Of a DNA stretch of 64,000 nucleotides, positions 1-10,045 are shown piece by piece. Each line of letters starts with the position of its first letter. Position 1 is the first letter of the stretch. A program made the translations under genes and the position numbers. The DNA comes from a virus (taxonomy: Duplodnaviria; Caudoviricetes), in the IMG/VR virus record IMGVR_UViG_3300047159_000056, positions 128,001-192,000 of that record. One strand, 5' to 3'. Below the pieces are notes generated by a model. That model was not told where the DNA came from. It saw nothing but the letters and a program-made list of their open reading frames with translations, and did not search any database.

Positions 1-614
1 TGTCCAAAATTACTTGGATTAAACGAATTAGCCATCTCACGACCAGCTGCTGTTATTTTGCTCAACATTTTATTTGAACTTCTAACTAGAGCTGATTCTC
101 GTTTCTCGTATTCTCTTTCTCTTTTATTATTTTCTTCTTTTTGTGCTAAGAATGTAGTGGTCAGCCAGTTCTTAAATTTACCAGAACCACCTGAATCTGC
201 TCCTGGTGATTTAAAGGCAATATCTCTACCACCAACTGGACCACTATTATTTGTTGTATTATAGTTGTTATTTGTTATTTCTATTCTGGGAGGAACAACT
301 TTTACATCGTGTGTTGCATTTTTTACTACCCTTGGAGCAGATACACCATATTTACCTAAGACTGCAGCTGTACTAGGACCCGCACTCTCTGTAGCAATTT
401 GAGCAGCTTGACTCATAACATCTTGCTGCTGTGTTGTTGCTTTAATATCTGCTTGACGTAAGGATAGGTTATTTCTCTGCTCTCCTTGTATAGCCTGTAA
501 TTGTGTCATAGCTTCCTCCCTATCTGCCATTCCTTCTCCGGGTTTAATTTTATCTTTAGAAATCTCCCTAGTTCTCTTGTCTATATTATCGCTATACGAA
601 TCTCCTTCTGCCAT
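1..614 (-). CDS. 5' part of a long tail protein (tape-measure/baseplate-hub-like), truncated by the window edge
   Basis: Open frame from ATG at 614 (MAEGDSYSDNIDKRTREISKDK...), Q/A-rich helical; follows the gp26-like chaperone pair; not in the supplied ORF track. Confidence 0.5.
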   Translation of the reverse strand, partial: MAEGDSYSDNIDKRTREISKDKIKPGEGMADREEAMTQLQAIQGEQRNNLSLRQADIKATTQQQDVMSQAAQIATESAGPSTAAVLGKYGVSAPRVVKNATHDVKVVPPRIEITNNNYNTTNNSGPVGGRDIAFKSPGADSGGSGKFKNWLTTTFLAQKEENNKREREYEKRESALVRSSNKMLSKITAAGREMANSFNPSNFG

Positions 615-630
615 ATAATCTTATCTTATT

Positions 631-912
631 TTAAAAATCAAAGAAGTCATCGCTCATATTAGATGATAACCCTTCAATTGTTCCTTTTGTTTCTTCTATA
701 GCCTGAACCTTATTCTTTCCTTTAATTGTTTGTCCCTTATTTCCAAAATCTATCATTGGGAAATCAGGATCTAGTCCCTCTGTTTTTTCCATAAAGTCTT
801 CATATACATCTTTCATTTTGAAGAGAGATGAAATAGAATAATGCTCTATAGAATCAACTTTCATGAACTTATTTAAATAAAATTTTAGATCCATCAATTG
901 GGCTATTGACAT
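631..912 (-). CDS. small tail/baseplate assembly protein (gp51-like or chaperone extension)
   Basis: ATG at 912 (MSIAQLMDLKFYLNKF...IEHYSISSL); overlaps the 3' end of the upstream gene and precedes the putative tape-measure gene. Confidence 0.4.
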   Translation of the reverse strand: MSIAQLMDLKFYLNKFMKVDSIEHYSISSLFKMKDVYEDFMEKTEGLDPDFPMIDFGNKGQTIKGKNKVQAIEETKGTIEGLSSNMSDDFFDF

Positions 913-1630
913 AGAGGTCTCGAAAGAAATCGACAATGAGGGAATCTATACTCACTGCCACACTCCTCCTTTCCTCTGGTTTCTTATCTTTATTACATTC
1001 TGGACAATACACTTCAATAGGCTCTACTCTATCATAATATAATTCTCTAAGAGCCATGAGAAGAGTAATGTCACTATGTTTTGCTCCTAAGACATCCCTC
1101 TCTACTTGATTTCCTTTAAAGTCAAAATCTTTTATCAAGGCAATTGTTTTAATCATCTTAAGGTCTGTTATTTTCTTATACCTCAGGTAGACATTAAATA
1201 CCTTCATAAAATCATTGACTGTAGGAACAATAGTATCATAGTCATGTCCATTTAGCTTTATCTTTGCTCCATCCATAATCTTAGTATCAATCTGTTTAAA
1301 GTGTATATCCTTTTCAAATGATACTGTTTTCTCAATTTGATGACCACATACAGGACACTTAATACTAATCTCATAACTTAAGTCCTGAGAAATAGTTGAT
1401 AACTTCTTATAAAAAATTAAGAAGTCTACGTCCATAATATAACAATCCTTTATATTTTCATCATCCGCAATCAATGCTTTAATGTCATATAAATATTTTC
1501 CTAAGGGATCATCTTTTGGTTCATCTTCTAGATATTTTACTATTCCCATAAAATCTAGTGGGTTAACTCTAATTGTGGGGAAATTATAACCATATCCTCC
1601 ACTCGGTAATTGTGATACTGATATTTCCAT
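869..1630 (-). CDS. baseplate hub assembly protein / tail chaperone (T4 gp26-like)
   Basis: N-terminal LPSGG, two CxxC motifs (CPVC, CPEC), DFF near the C-terminus; position next to tail genes. Confidence 0.55.
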   Translation of the reverse strand: MEISVSQLPSGGYGYNFPTIRVNPLDFMGIVKYLEDEPKDDPLGKYLYDIKALIADDENIKDCYIMDVDFLIFYKKLSTISQDLSYEISIKCPVCGHQIEKTVSFEKDIHFKQIDTKIMDGAKIKLNGHDYDTIVPTVNDFMKVFNVYLRYKKITDLKMIKTIALIKDFDFKGNQVERDVLGAKHSDITLLMALRELYYDRVEPIEVYCPECNKDKKPEERRSVAVSIDSLIVDFFRDLYVNSPIDGSKILFK

Positions 1631-1696
1631 AAATGTGTAAAATTAGAGACAGTCTTCCTTATTTATTCAATTTAGAAAACTGTCTTTTGTTTGTTT

Positions 1697-1873
1697 TTAT
1701 TTTATTAATTCAAATAGGTCCTTAACCCCAAAGAATATATTGTTATCAGCTGTCTTAGCTGATATTACTATTCCTCTAAATGGGTTATCTTCAACATCAA
1801 TTATCTCTCCTGGTATCTTATTATCTAAGCCAGTTAAGTCACTTGATATATAAACTTTATCTCCTACTTTCAT
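1697..1873 (-). CDS. 58-aa hypothetical protein (SH3/KOW-like)
   Basis: MKVGDKVYISTDLTG...GEIIDVED read manually; fills the gap between genes. Confidence 0.6.
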   Translation of the reverse strand: MKVGDKVYISSDLTGLDNKIPGEIIDVEDNPFRGIVISAKTADNNIFFGVKDLFELIK

Positions 1874-1880
1874 AATTTCT

Positions 1881-2939
1881 TTATTTGTTTATTGATTGGT
1901 ATGTATTTTCACTGATTACTACTAAGTCTACTTTCCCTATAAACTCACTTAAGCTCCTAGTTCCAGTATAAGACATAGCACTTCTTAGGTAATCTTTAAA
2001 ATTATTTGTCCAAGACCTAATAGTATATTTAATGGGCAAGTACATCTCAATTCCCTCAGATGTTTTTGTCTTCTTGCCACCTATATCTATTTGACCCTGA
2101 CCAGATGCCATACCATAGAATTTTTTATATAAGGTATGTGGAAGATCTCTTATTGTAAATTTTCCTTCTCCTGCATACTTTATATCCTCTAGGTTAGATA
2201 GCTTTATATAATTCTCATCTAGGACAGGAGCTTCACTTTCTAACATCTCATTAAAAATACTTCCTGCCATAACATAATCAGCACCTAAGGCCAGAGCTTT
2301 AATTATATCTGAATAGTTTCTAACACCACCATCAGCTACAATCCTACACTTACCACCTATCTTATCTTTTATAATCCTGGTATCTTCTATTAGTGAAGCC
2401 ATTGGATAGTGAATAGACACATTACTACTCGTTATACATCCTCTACCACTACCTATACCTACTCTAACAAAATCTACACCAGACTCTTCACAAATAGCAT
2501 AAGTTTCTGGATTAGCTATATTTCCAACCATAATAGTTAGATTGGAATACTTAGATTTTAATTTCTTAACAGTATCATAAAGATCCATCATATGACCATT
2601 AGCTATGTCTATTAAGATATTATTATTACAACCTAAGGATTCTCCCCTTACTATAATGTTTTTAGCTTCCCATAATGAAAATGCAGACCACGTTCCTTGG
2701 ATTAATTTTTTTAACCTAATAGAATAATCTACACTTCTGGGAATTATAGGAATTATACCATGATCCTCAAACTTAATATAACTTTGCAATCCTACTACTC
2801 CAGACATAGGTGCTGTAAATAATGGCAACATACCTGAACTAGTAAAAGGATTACACTCTATTCTATGTTCTACACCAGATACTTTAGCTGGAATTATAGA
2901 AACATCATTGTAACTATATTTTAATTCTTTCTTAATCAT
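1881..2939 (-). CDS. guaC: GMP reductase / IMPDH-family protein
   Basis: YNDVSIIP, TAPM, IDIANGH, RVGIGSGRGCIT catalytic Cys loop, ADGG, KALALGADYVMAG, FYGMAS, SEG, LRSAMSY; no CBS domains; likely start ATG 2939. Confidence 0.85.
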   Translation of the reverse strand: MIKKELKYSYNDVSIIPAKVSGVEHRIECNPFTSSGMLPLFTAPMSGVVGLQSYIKFEDHGIIPIIPRSVDYSIRLKKLIQGTWSAFSLWEAKNIIVRGESLGCNNNILIDIANGHMMDLYDTVKKLKSKYSNLTIMVGNIANPETYAICEESGVDFVRVGIGSGRGCITSSNVSIHYPMASLIEDTRIIKDKIGGKCRIVADGGVRNYSDIIKALALGADYVMAGSIFNEMLESEAPVLDENYIKLSNLEDIKYAGEGKFTIRDLPHTLYKKFYGMASGQGQIDIGGKKTKTSEGIEMYLPIKYTIRSWTNNFKDYLRSAMSYTGTRSLSEFIGKVDLVVISENTYQSINK

Positions 2940-2955
2940 AACATATATAGGGAAC

Positions 2956-3486
2956 CTAACCGATCTCAACCGCATTTTCAAACAAATCAATCACGAGAGA
3001 CCAATTTGATTTAAATAATTCCGGAGAGTGAGTTGCTATTATATATTGACTCTTAGTATGCTCTTGAATCTTCTCTAAGTTATATAGAAATCTTAACTTA
3101 ACTTCCATATGCAAAAATATCTCTGGTGTATCAATCAAGATAATAGACTCTTTAGAATTACATAAGAAACTATATAAGAGCCTTTGTTGTAATTCTCCAT
3201 CAGATAAATTCTCCATCTTAGTTCCATCATCTTCTAAGAATAACCCTATATTATTTTGTAACTCAGGAATTTCTTCTCCCATGTACTTATGCCAATACAA
3301 TTCATAAAGAGAATTATATATAGCTGAATCCTTAGGAAAACTCATCTGGATATCATTTAGACAACTAGATTTTCCGTAACCATTAGGACCTGTTATGAAA
3401 GTAATAGGTCTATCTGTAAAATCTAAATTAAATTCTCTCTTACCAACTCTACACTTAAATTTTTTAATCCACTTATTATTACCCAT
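2956..3486 (-). CDS. minimal ABC/AAA_21-type ATPase
   Basis: Walker A GPNGYGKS, signature LSDGE, Walker B ILIDTPE, H-loop ATHSP. Confidence 0.75.
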   Translation of the reverse strand: MGNNKWIKKFKCRVGKREFNLDFTDRPITFITGPNGYGKSSCLNDIQMSFPKDSAIYNSLYELYWHKYMGEEIPELQNNIGLFLEDDGTKMENLSDGELQQRLLYSFLCNSKESIILIDTPEIFLHMEVKLRFLYNLEKIQEHTKSQYIIATHSPELFKSNWSLVIDLFENAVEIG

Positions 3487-3502
3487 ATATCTTTTCTTTT
3501 AG

Positions 3503-4066
3503 TCATATGTAAGGATTATAACTTAAGTCTTCTACATTTATTGCCTGATCCATATCTAGTAATCCATAATAATCAATAGGAAACTTTAAATAATTTCTTT
3601 TACAAACCATAAGAGTCCCCTTATTAACTACTATATTTCTCTCCTTATATTTAAATTCAAGATCTTCTTTGTATATTGGAAATGTAGGCCTATCAATAAC
3701 TATAGAATAATCATAACATTCAAAATCTTCTCCACCAATTACCCAGTTAGAAGAGGTACTAGAAATAATCGTATAAATTTTATCCTTTTTTAAAATTCTA
3801 TCAAAAAATTCTATTATAGGAATTACAGGAGCTTTTCCCTTCTCCATATGAACATACTTTCCTACACTAGAGGGAGGATATAAGATTGGTTTAATTTCAA
3901 GTATTGGATAAAAGTTAAACGATTCTCCTACTACATTAAGATTATCTCCTAACCTAGTAATCCCACAAAACCTGTCTATAGTATCACCTGACTTGAAATA
4001 CAAATTATTATCTACTATTAATTTTTCTTCTAAATATTTATAAAAAATTTCCATAAGGGCTTTCAA
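3503..4066 (-). CDS. hypothetical protein
   Basis: 187-aa ORF; start uncertain (TTG, or ATG a few codons later). Confidence 0.6.
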   Translation of the reverse strand: MKALMEIFYKYLEEKLIVDNNLYFKSGDTIDRFCGITRLGDNLNVVGESFNFYPILEIKPILYPPSSVGKYVHMEKGKAPVIPIIEFFDRILKKDKIYTIISSTSSNWVIGGEDFECYDYSIVIDRPTFPIYKEDLEFKYKERNIVVNKGTLMVCKRNYLKFPIDYYGLLDMDQAINVEDLSYNPYI

Positions 4067-4116
4067 GATCTGATTGAACAGTAGACAACATATTTCATTG
4101 TCATCTTGAAAGAATT

Positions 4117-5151
4117 TTATTTAATAAGATCTAATATTTTATATCCGTGATAAGACTTATTATTAATTTTTATAGATGTTGAATAAACAACAAAATATTT
4201 AGATATAATAGTAGAAGTGATTTTCTTTTTAATATTATATTTTTTAAATATAGTAGAAATATGATCTCTAATATAATCTCTACTATAAGTCTTCCCAATA
4301 TTAAACTGAGATATAATATCCTTTTTTATATCTTCTGTAAATTTCATCATTCTTTCTTTTTTATACATTTTATTTATTTTTCCTGAACCATTACAATCTT
4401 CTATATTTTTAACCCAGGATAAATGATTGGATAGATTAATAGATAATCTAGATAATATATTTATCTTTTCATTAGGGTTCTTATTAAACACTTCTATTAG
4501 AAATTTCATTCTATTTAACACTCCAGTAATTGATTTTAACTTATCTAAAATGTCAATAATAAATTTATTTGGTTTATTAAAACTATCTAGATATTTGTTT
4601 ATTATAACCTTATCAATATTGGTAAAACTTTTATATAAATAGCTAATAAAATCATCAAAAGTTATAATACTGGATAATTCTTTATTTATAGTTTTAATAT
4701 CTATAATTTTACTTGGATTCTCTTGCCTTAATATATAATTGTATATATTTTTTATTTTGGATAAAAAACTTACTGGTTCATATATTTTTCCATCTATACT
4801 ATAAATGTTTTCTAATTTGTTTATTAAGTTTTTATTTGGGTTTTTAAAGAAGTCAATTATCTCCTCACTATATTTATACCATTCCTTAAGGCCTCTTTTT
4901 ATTCCAATGTCAAATTTTGATAGCCTATATTTTTTAAAATATCTATGCACCCCACCTTCCTGTTTCCTTGTAACCCCAGGAATTGTATATAATAGTTTAT
5001 AAGAGGGATTGGCCGTTTTATAACTAGAAAATCTAAGTTTGTTAGTTTTTGCTTTATCTGAAGTATATCCTATTTTAAAAATGAAAAAGAATTTTACTTC
5101 TCCTGTTTTATTATCTTCTTTAAAGGATGAACTTTTTATTAAGTATAACAT
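4117..5151 (-). CDS. T5orf172/GIY-YIG-like nuclease with C-terminal DNA-binding domain (possible homing endonuclease)
   Basis: LYLI...FKIGYT...RF..Y.TANP...E...H.YF...EW pattern; very K/N/I-rich and AT-rich. Confidence 0.65.
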   Translation of the reverse strand: MLYLIKSSSFKEDNKTGEVKFFFIFKIGYTSDKAKTNKLRFSSYKTANPSYKLLYTIPGVTRKQEGGVHRYFKKYRLSKFDIGIKRGLKEWYKYSEEIIDFFKNPNKNLINKLENIYSIDGKIYEPVSFLSKIKNIYNYILRQENPSKIIDIKTINKELSSIITFDDFISYLYKSFTNIDKVIINKYLDSFNKPNKFIIDILDKLKSITGVLNRMKFLIEVFNKNPNEKINILSRLSINLSNHLSWVKNIEDCNGSGKINKMYKKERMMKFTEDIKKDIISQFNIGKTYSRDYIRDHISTIFKKYNIKKKITSTIISKYFVVYSTSIKINNKSYHGYKILDLIK

Positions 5152-5162
5152 ATTAATTTAGT

Positions 5163-5477
5163 TTATAAAAGCCATCTCCTAGCCCAATCATAGTGGTGTC
5201 TATCAATTGTATAGGCTAGGTTTGGCTCTCCGAAGTCTGCTTCTAGAACAAAAGAAATTTTCTTATATGATTCTCTTATATTCCATGTCATAGCAAATCT
5301 TAAAAGAAATTCTATAACAAACCAAATATAAAAACCAATAAATAATAATTCTTTCTTCTGCTCAAGGAATATCAAATATCTATTGAGAAGCAAATCAGAA
5401 TGCTTCTTCTCATTGTAGATCATGCACCATGGCCAGAGACAAATAATGAATAGAACATTCTTACTAATCAGCTTCAT
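5163..5477 (-). CDS. hypothetical membrane-associated protein
   Basis: 104 aa with hydrophobic segments; Y..ISF..EA motif typical of small Bacteroidetes/phage proteins. Confidence 0.6.
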   Translation of the reverse strand: MKLISKNVLFIICLWPWCMIYNEKKHSDLLLNRYLIFLEQKKELLFIGFYIWFVIEFLLRFAMTWNIRESYKKISFVLEADFGEPNLAYTIDRHHYDWARRWLL

Positions 5478-5583
5478 AACTTTCAGACTGTTCTATTTCT
5501 GTAACTGAACCTGGTGACTTAATTATCTTCTTCCTATCAAAGGAGACATTGTGGTTCTTTTTATTTTTTCGTAATAATATCAT
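5464..5583 (-). CDS. 39-aa peptide with leader-like start (MILLRK)
   Basis: Read manually: MILLRKNKKNHNVSFDRKKIIKSPGSVTEIEQSESYEAD. Confidence 0.4.
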   Translation of the reverse strand: MILLRKNKKNHNVSFDRKKIIKSPGSVTEIEQSESYEAD

Positions 5584-5585
5584 AA

Positions 5586-6920
5586 TCAAATACCAAATAT
5601 TTTTTTAATGGATTCACGCACCATTATAGCCGATGATTCCCAATATACATTCTCTTTTAATTCTGGATAATTATATATTAGATATGGTTGATGATTCTTA
5701 TCAAGAGCCATATTTAGTTTATTAAAATGATTATATAAATTTTTTCTGCAACTCACAGGCGTAGCTAGATATGAATTGCATAAATCTTTGGAAATTTCTA
5801 TATTTTCATCAACATTAGATCTTGAATAAACCATATTTTTATTTACGTAAGCACTTATATTGTTATTCTTCCATATATTATTCTTGCCTCTTATTCTTCC
5901 AGAAATATAATATAAATCTTGAGAAATATTATAAAAGATATCCAAATTATCACAGAGAATACATAACTTAGTAGAATCATTAGTATAAAGATCAATTCCT
6001 GTAGATACTTCTTTAGTACATAGAGTTATCGTATTATCTATAATCCCATCAGTTTTTGTACATGCATTTCCTAGTTTACTAATTAATTTATCCGTATTAT
6101 AGTCAGTGCTGTCACAAATTATGCTAGTGTTAGATTTTGATAAGTTACTAGCTATCATAAGATTTAATAGTTCATCTATATTATCAAGATATACTATCAA
6201 ATGTGATCCTGGATATTTTCCATCTCTATATTCTTCAATTAGAGATACTATTTCTTTTTTAGGATCTTCACTCATTAATATTTTAGGATTTGGCAATGAA
6301 TCTTTTTCCTCCCAATCTAATTCATATAGTGGAAAATTAGATAACTCTGGTATATCTAATATATGATTCTTTATAATTTCAAAACTATCCTGAATTACAT
6401 AAACTATGCTATTTACTCCTAAAGTTGATTTTATAAAAGAATCTATTTCATTTCCTCTATAAAGATTTGGATTAATAAATACATCTTGAAAATCATCTAC
6501 TACTGTTTGAAAGATATCTAACAATCCCATGTTTTCTAATATTTTCCTGACAATATAGTAAGACTCGTAGGTAACTATTATTTTACATGGCTTTTTAAGT
6601 GAATAACAATCATCTATCCATTTTTCTAACTCAGCTTGTAACTCTTTATACTTTTGAAATTTATAATTTATGTTTTTACCGACATCAACACTTAATACCT
6701 CTCCTTGGTGTTGATCTGTTTTATTCTGAAGCAATATTCTTCTAGGACTACATAAGATAACATTTAGACCTTTACTTCTTATGCACCATTCTGTATAGCC
6801 ACATCCAGGAATTTGTTTATCCAAAATATGCGGATAGTCATATAAATATTTTTCTTGATAATCCTTCCAATCACTAATAAATCTAATTCCTCTAGGTACT
6901 ATTATTTTTGTTCTACTCAT
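5586..6920 (-). CDS. divergent SF2 helicase-like protein
   Basis: PGCGYT (Walker A-like), ILCSPR, IIVTYES, VVDDFQ (Walker B-like), TGIDL, ISGRIR. Confidence 0.6.
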   Translation of the reverse strand: MSRTKIIVPRGIRFISDWKDYQEKYLYDYPHILDKQIPGCGYTEWCIRSKGLNVILCSPRRILLQNKTDQHQGEVLSVDVGKNINYKFQKYKELQAELEKWIDDCYSLKKPCKIIVTYESYYIVRKILENMGLLDIFQTVVDDFQDVFINPNLYRGNEIDSFIKSTLGVNSIVYVIQDSFEIIKNHILDIPELSNFPLYELDWEEKDSLPNPKILMSEDPKKEIVSLIEEYRDGKYPGSHLIVYLDNIDELLNLMIASNLSKSNTSIICDSTDYNTDKLISKLGNACTKTDGIIDNTITLCTKEVSTGIDLYTNDSTKLCILCDNLDIFYNISQDLYYISGRIRGKNNIWKNNNISAYVNKNMVYSRSNVDENIEISKDLCNSYLATPVSCRKNLYNHFNKLNMALDKNHQPYLIYNYPELKENVYWESSAIMVRESIKKIFGI

Positions 6921-6953
6921 TTTAAATTATTTAAATTCTTCTATAAATAAGGA

Positions 6954-7208
6954 TCATTTATTCTCTTCATCAGCATTTCTGTAATATTCATCTATGTCAT
7001 CCTCATCGTCGTCTTCTTCAAACTCATCTGAATCATAATATTGCTGCTGAGTCTGTTGAGGAGGAATAACTGGCTTTCTTATCTCTTCCTCTTCTGGCTG
7101 CTCTGGTTCACCCTCTTTCTTCTTAAATATTAGAGGATGACCAGTTACACCAGTACCTTTTATTTTAATTTCAGGATAAGAAAATTGTTTTATCCTAGGT
7201 AATATCAT
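6954..7208 (-). CDS. leader-bearing putative internal head protein, acidic C-terminus
   Basis: MILPRIKQFS leader. Confidence 0.6.
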   Translation of the reverse strand: MILPRIKQFSYPEIKIKGTGVTGHPLIFKKKEGEPEQPEEEEIRKPVIPPQQTQQQYYDSDEFEEDDDEDDIDEYYRNADEENK

Positions 7209-7978
7209 AATTTCTGCTTAATTAATCTTATGTACTCTTTAACTACAGGATTGTTCATATATGGCTTATAAACTTTAATTAATGCTTCTTTCAAACCACT
7301 TATCTTAGTTCCACCATCAATATCATCTCCTATACTAAACACATCTTCATTGTTCTCACCATTTGCATAAGGAAACCAATTTATAGTATCATATTCACAT
7401 CCTAATATTATAATACTATCATTTTCATCGTCTGAATATTTTGTCCAATTATTTTTAAACTCATTCAAGCTTTTCCTAGTTATTACCGGAGTCATTAGTA
7501 TATAAAGATCTTCATCATTATAACCATTGTCTTTGTAATTCTTAACTAGAGTCGGTACCATTTTTATATTGATATCCATTAGACTTTGAACTTCAGGTGG
7601 AACAGAAAGAGCGTTAATATCTTTCTTATCCTGGTTAAATCTACTAAGTAAAGAAGATTCAGGATTTGTTTGGAATTCATATTTTTCCTTCCTTAACTTG
7701 TTATCTCTATCAATTGCCTTGTTAGATGTATTTGACCAAGTAGATCCTGCTCCAAGTGCTCCTCCAGCTAATGCTCCTATACCAGCACCTATAGCAGCTG
7801 AACCCTTTCTTATACCTTTGCCACCTGCAATTCCACCTATAACTCCACCAGTTAAACCACCACTAAGAGAACCAAGTAAACCATTTCTAACTGTTTGCCC
7901 AATTCTTTGTTTTGTAGTTAGGTGGGATTTGGGTATATATTCTGGAATAGCAAATAATTTTATCCTAGGTAATATCAT
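7205..7978 (-). CDS. leader-bearing glycine-zipper protein with SUKH-like C-terminal domain
   Basis: MILPRIKLFA; GxxxG-rich hydrophobic hairpin; paralogous with 7975, 9377 and 10042. Confidence 0.6.
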   Translation of the reverse strand: MILPRIKLFAIPEYIPKSHLTTKQRIGQTVRNGLLGSLSGGLTGGVIGGIAGGKGIRKGSAAIGAGIGALAGGALGAGSTWSNTSNKAIDRDNKLRKEKYEFQTNPESSLLSRFNQDKKDINALSVPPEVQSLMDINIKMVPTLVKNYKDNGYNDEDLYILMTPVITRKSLNEFKNNWTKYSDDENDSIIILGCEYDTINWFPYANGENNEDVFSIGDDIDGGTKISGLKEALIKVYKPYMNNPVVKEYIRLIKQKL

Positions 7979-8733
7979 AATTTAGCTCTTATTTGTTTTG
8001 AAAATTCTCGTATCATAGGATCGTTATTTCCAATATAGTAAGAAGTTAGCGCTCCCTTAAGTGACCTATAGTCTCCATCTATATCATCTAACATAAATCC
8101 AAATGGCATATCTGAATCAGGAAACCAAGATAAACAATCAGTATTAAACTTGTTCATCTTCAGAATATTAATACCAAAAATAGCGCCATCCTTAAATTTC
8201 TTCAGATCATTATTTATTTCATAAGACTTCTTTGGTATAGGAAGATTATCACCTAGGCAATCTACATCATGAGTCTGTTCATAATATTTCATCATAGTAG
8301 GAATAAAACTAATTTCAATATCCATTAGCTTAATCAAATCTCTACCAGGACCACCAAACTCAATCTTATATAGGTCTCTCTTTCTAATATTAAGTGCCTC
8401 TCTTACATATGGCTCTGGATCTCTAAGAAACTCTCTATATTTTTCTTTGGCTAAGTTTCTGGCTTTTACTGCATTATTACTATCACCAAAGTAAGTCATT
8501 AGAGCAGCAGGTATACCAAGAATAGCACTACCGAGAGCCGCACCTCCAAAGATACTAGACTTCTTTCCTTCTCCAGCACTCCAACCAACTGTAGCTCCCA
8601 TACCAGCACCAACTGCAGCACCTCCTAGACCAGCTAATGAAGCCCTCCTAAGACGATCTTTCTTACTAACAAATTCTTCATCAACTATATCCTCTGGTCT
8701 GACTATATGTGAAAATCGTTTTAAATATATCAT
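7975..8733 (-). CDS. leader-bearing glycine-zipper protein (paralog of 7205)
   Basis: MIYLKRFS; GxxxG hairpin; shared LMDI...P...K.Y and SLK.AL..Y motifs. Confidence 0.6.
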   Translation of the reverse strand: MIYLKRFSHIVRPEDIVDEEFVSKKDRLRRASLAGLGGAAVGAGMGATVGWSAGEGKKSSIFGGAALGSAILGIPAALMTYFGDSNNAVKARNLAKEKYREFLRDPEPYVREALNIRKRDLYKIEFGGPGRDLIKLMDIEISFIPTMMKYYEQTHDVDCLGDNLPIPKKSYEINNDLKKFKDGAIFGINILKMNKFNTDCLSWFPDSDMPFGFMLDDIDGDYRSLKGALTSYYIGNNDPMIREFSKQIRAKL

Positions 8734-8744
8734 AATTTATTTAT

Positions 8745-9380
8745 TTATTTTCCTGTTAATAGGTAAGAGAGATAATCTATGTATTCACTAAGACTCCACT
8801 TTTTATAACTCTTACTGCCAACTATATATTTTGGATCTATATCTTCACCTGATACAAATACTTTTTTATCATAGTCGGGATCAAAACTAAGATAAGCTCT
8901 TTTATAAATATCAGTTTTTCTAAATCTTTCTTTTAATGGTAGTTTCTTAATAGATGGACTCTGCTTTTCTAATTCTAGGTCTACCTTATCTTTAAATCTT
9001 GGTATTTGAGAATAGTAATTAGAAATCCAATAATCAGCAAATTGTTCTGGTGATTGACTAGTATATTTGGAAATAGGATCTCCAACATTCTTCCAAGATT
9101 CATAGACTTTCATAGGTACACTAAGCTTAATAAGAGATTTTCCTTTCCCTGGTTTCATTGGTAAGAAAGATCTTGACTTACTTAAGTATATTCTATCTTT
9201 CCTTTCCTCATCCTTTAGACCAGATCTAGAGGAAGCAGTACCAGGTTTTAAAGTCATCTTCTTTAATAATCCCTTAGAATATATAGAGTCTACATTCTCA
9301 TCTTTTGTCATATGATATAGATTCTTTCTACCACTAATATGCTCCCAAATAGAAAAATCTTTATTTCTTAGCAATATCAT
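8745..9380 (-). CDS. leader-bearing ADP-ribosyltransferase-fold protein (Tpt1/KptA-like)
   Basis: MILLRNKDFS; LYHMT...VDSIYSKGL, IYLS, LIKLSVP, EDIDPKYI motifs. Confidence 0.55.
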   Translation of the reverse strand: MILLRNKDFSIWEHISGRKNLYHMTKDENVDSIYSKGLLKKMTLKPGTASSRSGLKDEERKDRIYLSKSRSFLPMKPGKGKSLIKLSVPMKVYESWKNVGDPISKYTSQSPEQFADYWISNYYSQIPRFKDKVDLELEKQSPSIKKLPLKERFRKTDIYKRAYLSFDPDYDKKVFVSGEDIDPKYIVGSKSYKKWSLSEYIDYLSYLLTGK

Positions 9381-10045
9381 AATACTCTATTTACATGTTT
9401 TATATATGCCTTAGATAGTCTACTTTCACTATTATATGGATTTTTATAATAATCATTCAGAGCTTCTTTCAAAGACTTATATGATTTATCAGTTCCATAA
9501 TTATAAGTTTTACTCTTAGTATTATAGTATAGTGCGTCATCAGGATTATCCATCTGAAGAGCCTCTATATCATTGCTCCCAGTATATGTTGGTTCAAATG
9601 TTCCCATAACTGGTATATTAACATAGGCTCGTGGATCTTTAGTTATTCTATATTCTTTAACTATTTCTGGAGTAAATTTCTTTTGATTTTTCATTAACTT
9701 CAGATAATCACTGGATAAATTATATCTTTGGGGAACTATGAATTTTTTGTAGTCGTAGTCATATTTATTGTTGAGACTATTTTCCGCGTCACTCCAATCA
9801 ACATCGGGAGAAACATCGTCATTTCTATGTCTATAAGCATCAATTCCTCCATGTATAGCACCAATAGTTCCACTAATAGCCGATCCAATTAAGGCACCTT
9901 TTCCACCGTCATTTACTGCCCAGCTTCCTATGCCTCCTCCTATTAGTGCACCTCCTATAACTCCGGGAATTGCTTGTATATATGCACCCTTTGCTACTTT
10001 TTTAAATGTACTATCAGAGAAATTTTTTATTCTTGGTAATATCAT
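9377..10045 (-). CDS. leader-bearing glycine-zipper protein with SUKH-like domain
   Basis: MILPRIKNFS; close paralog of 10042 (DW.DAENSL..KYDYDYKKFI ... YIKHVNRVL). Confidence 0.6.
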   Translation of the reverse strand: MILPRIKNFSDSTFKKVAKGAYIQAIPGVIGGALIGGGIGSWAVNDGGKGALIGSAISGTIGAIHGGIDAYRHRNDDVSPDVDWSDAENSLNNKYDYDYKKFIVPQRYNLSSDYLKLMKNQKKFTPEIVKEYRITKDPRAYVNIPVMGTFEPTYTGSNDIEALQMDNPDDALYYNTKSKTYNYGTDKSYKSLKEALNDYYKNPYNSESRLSKAYIKHVNRVL

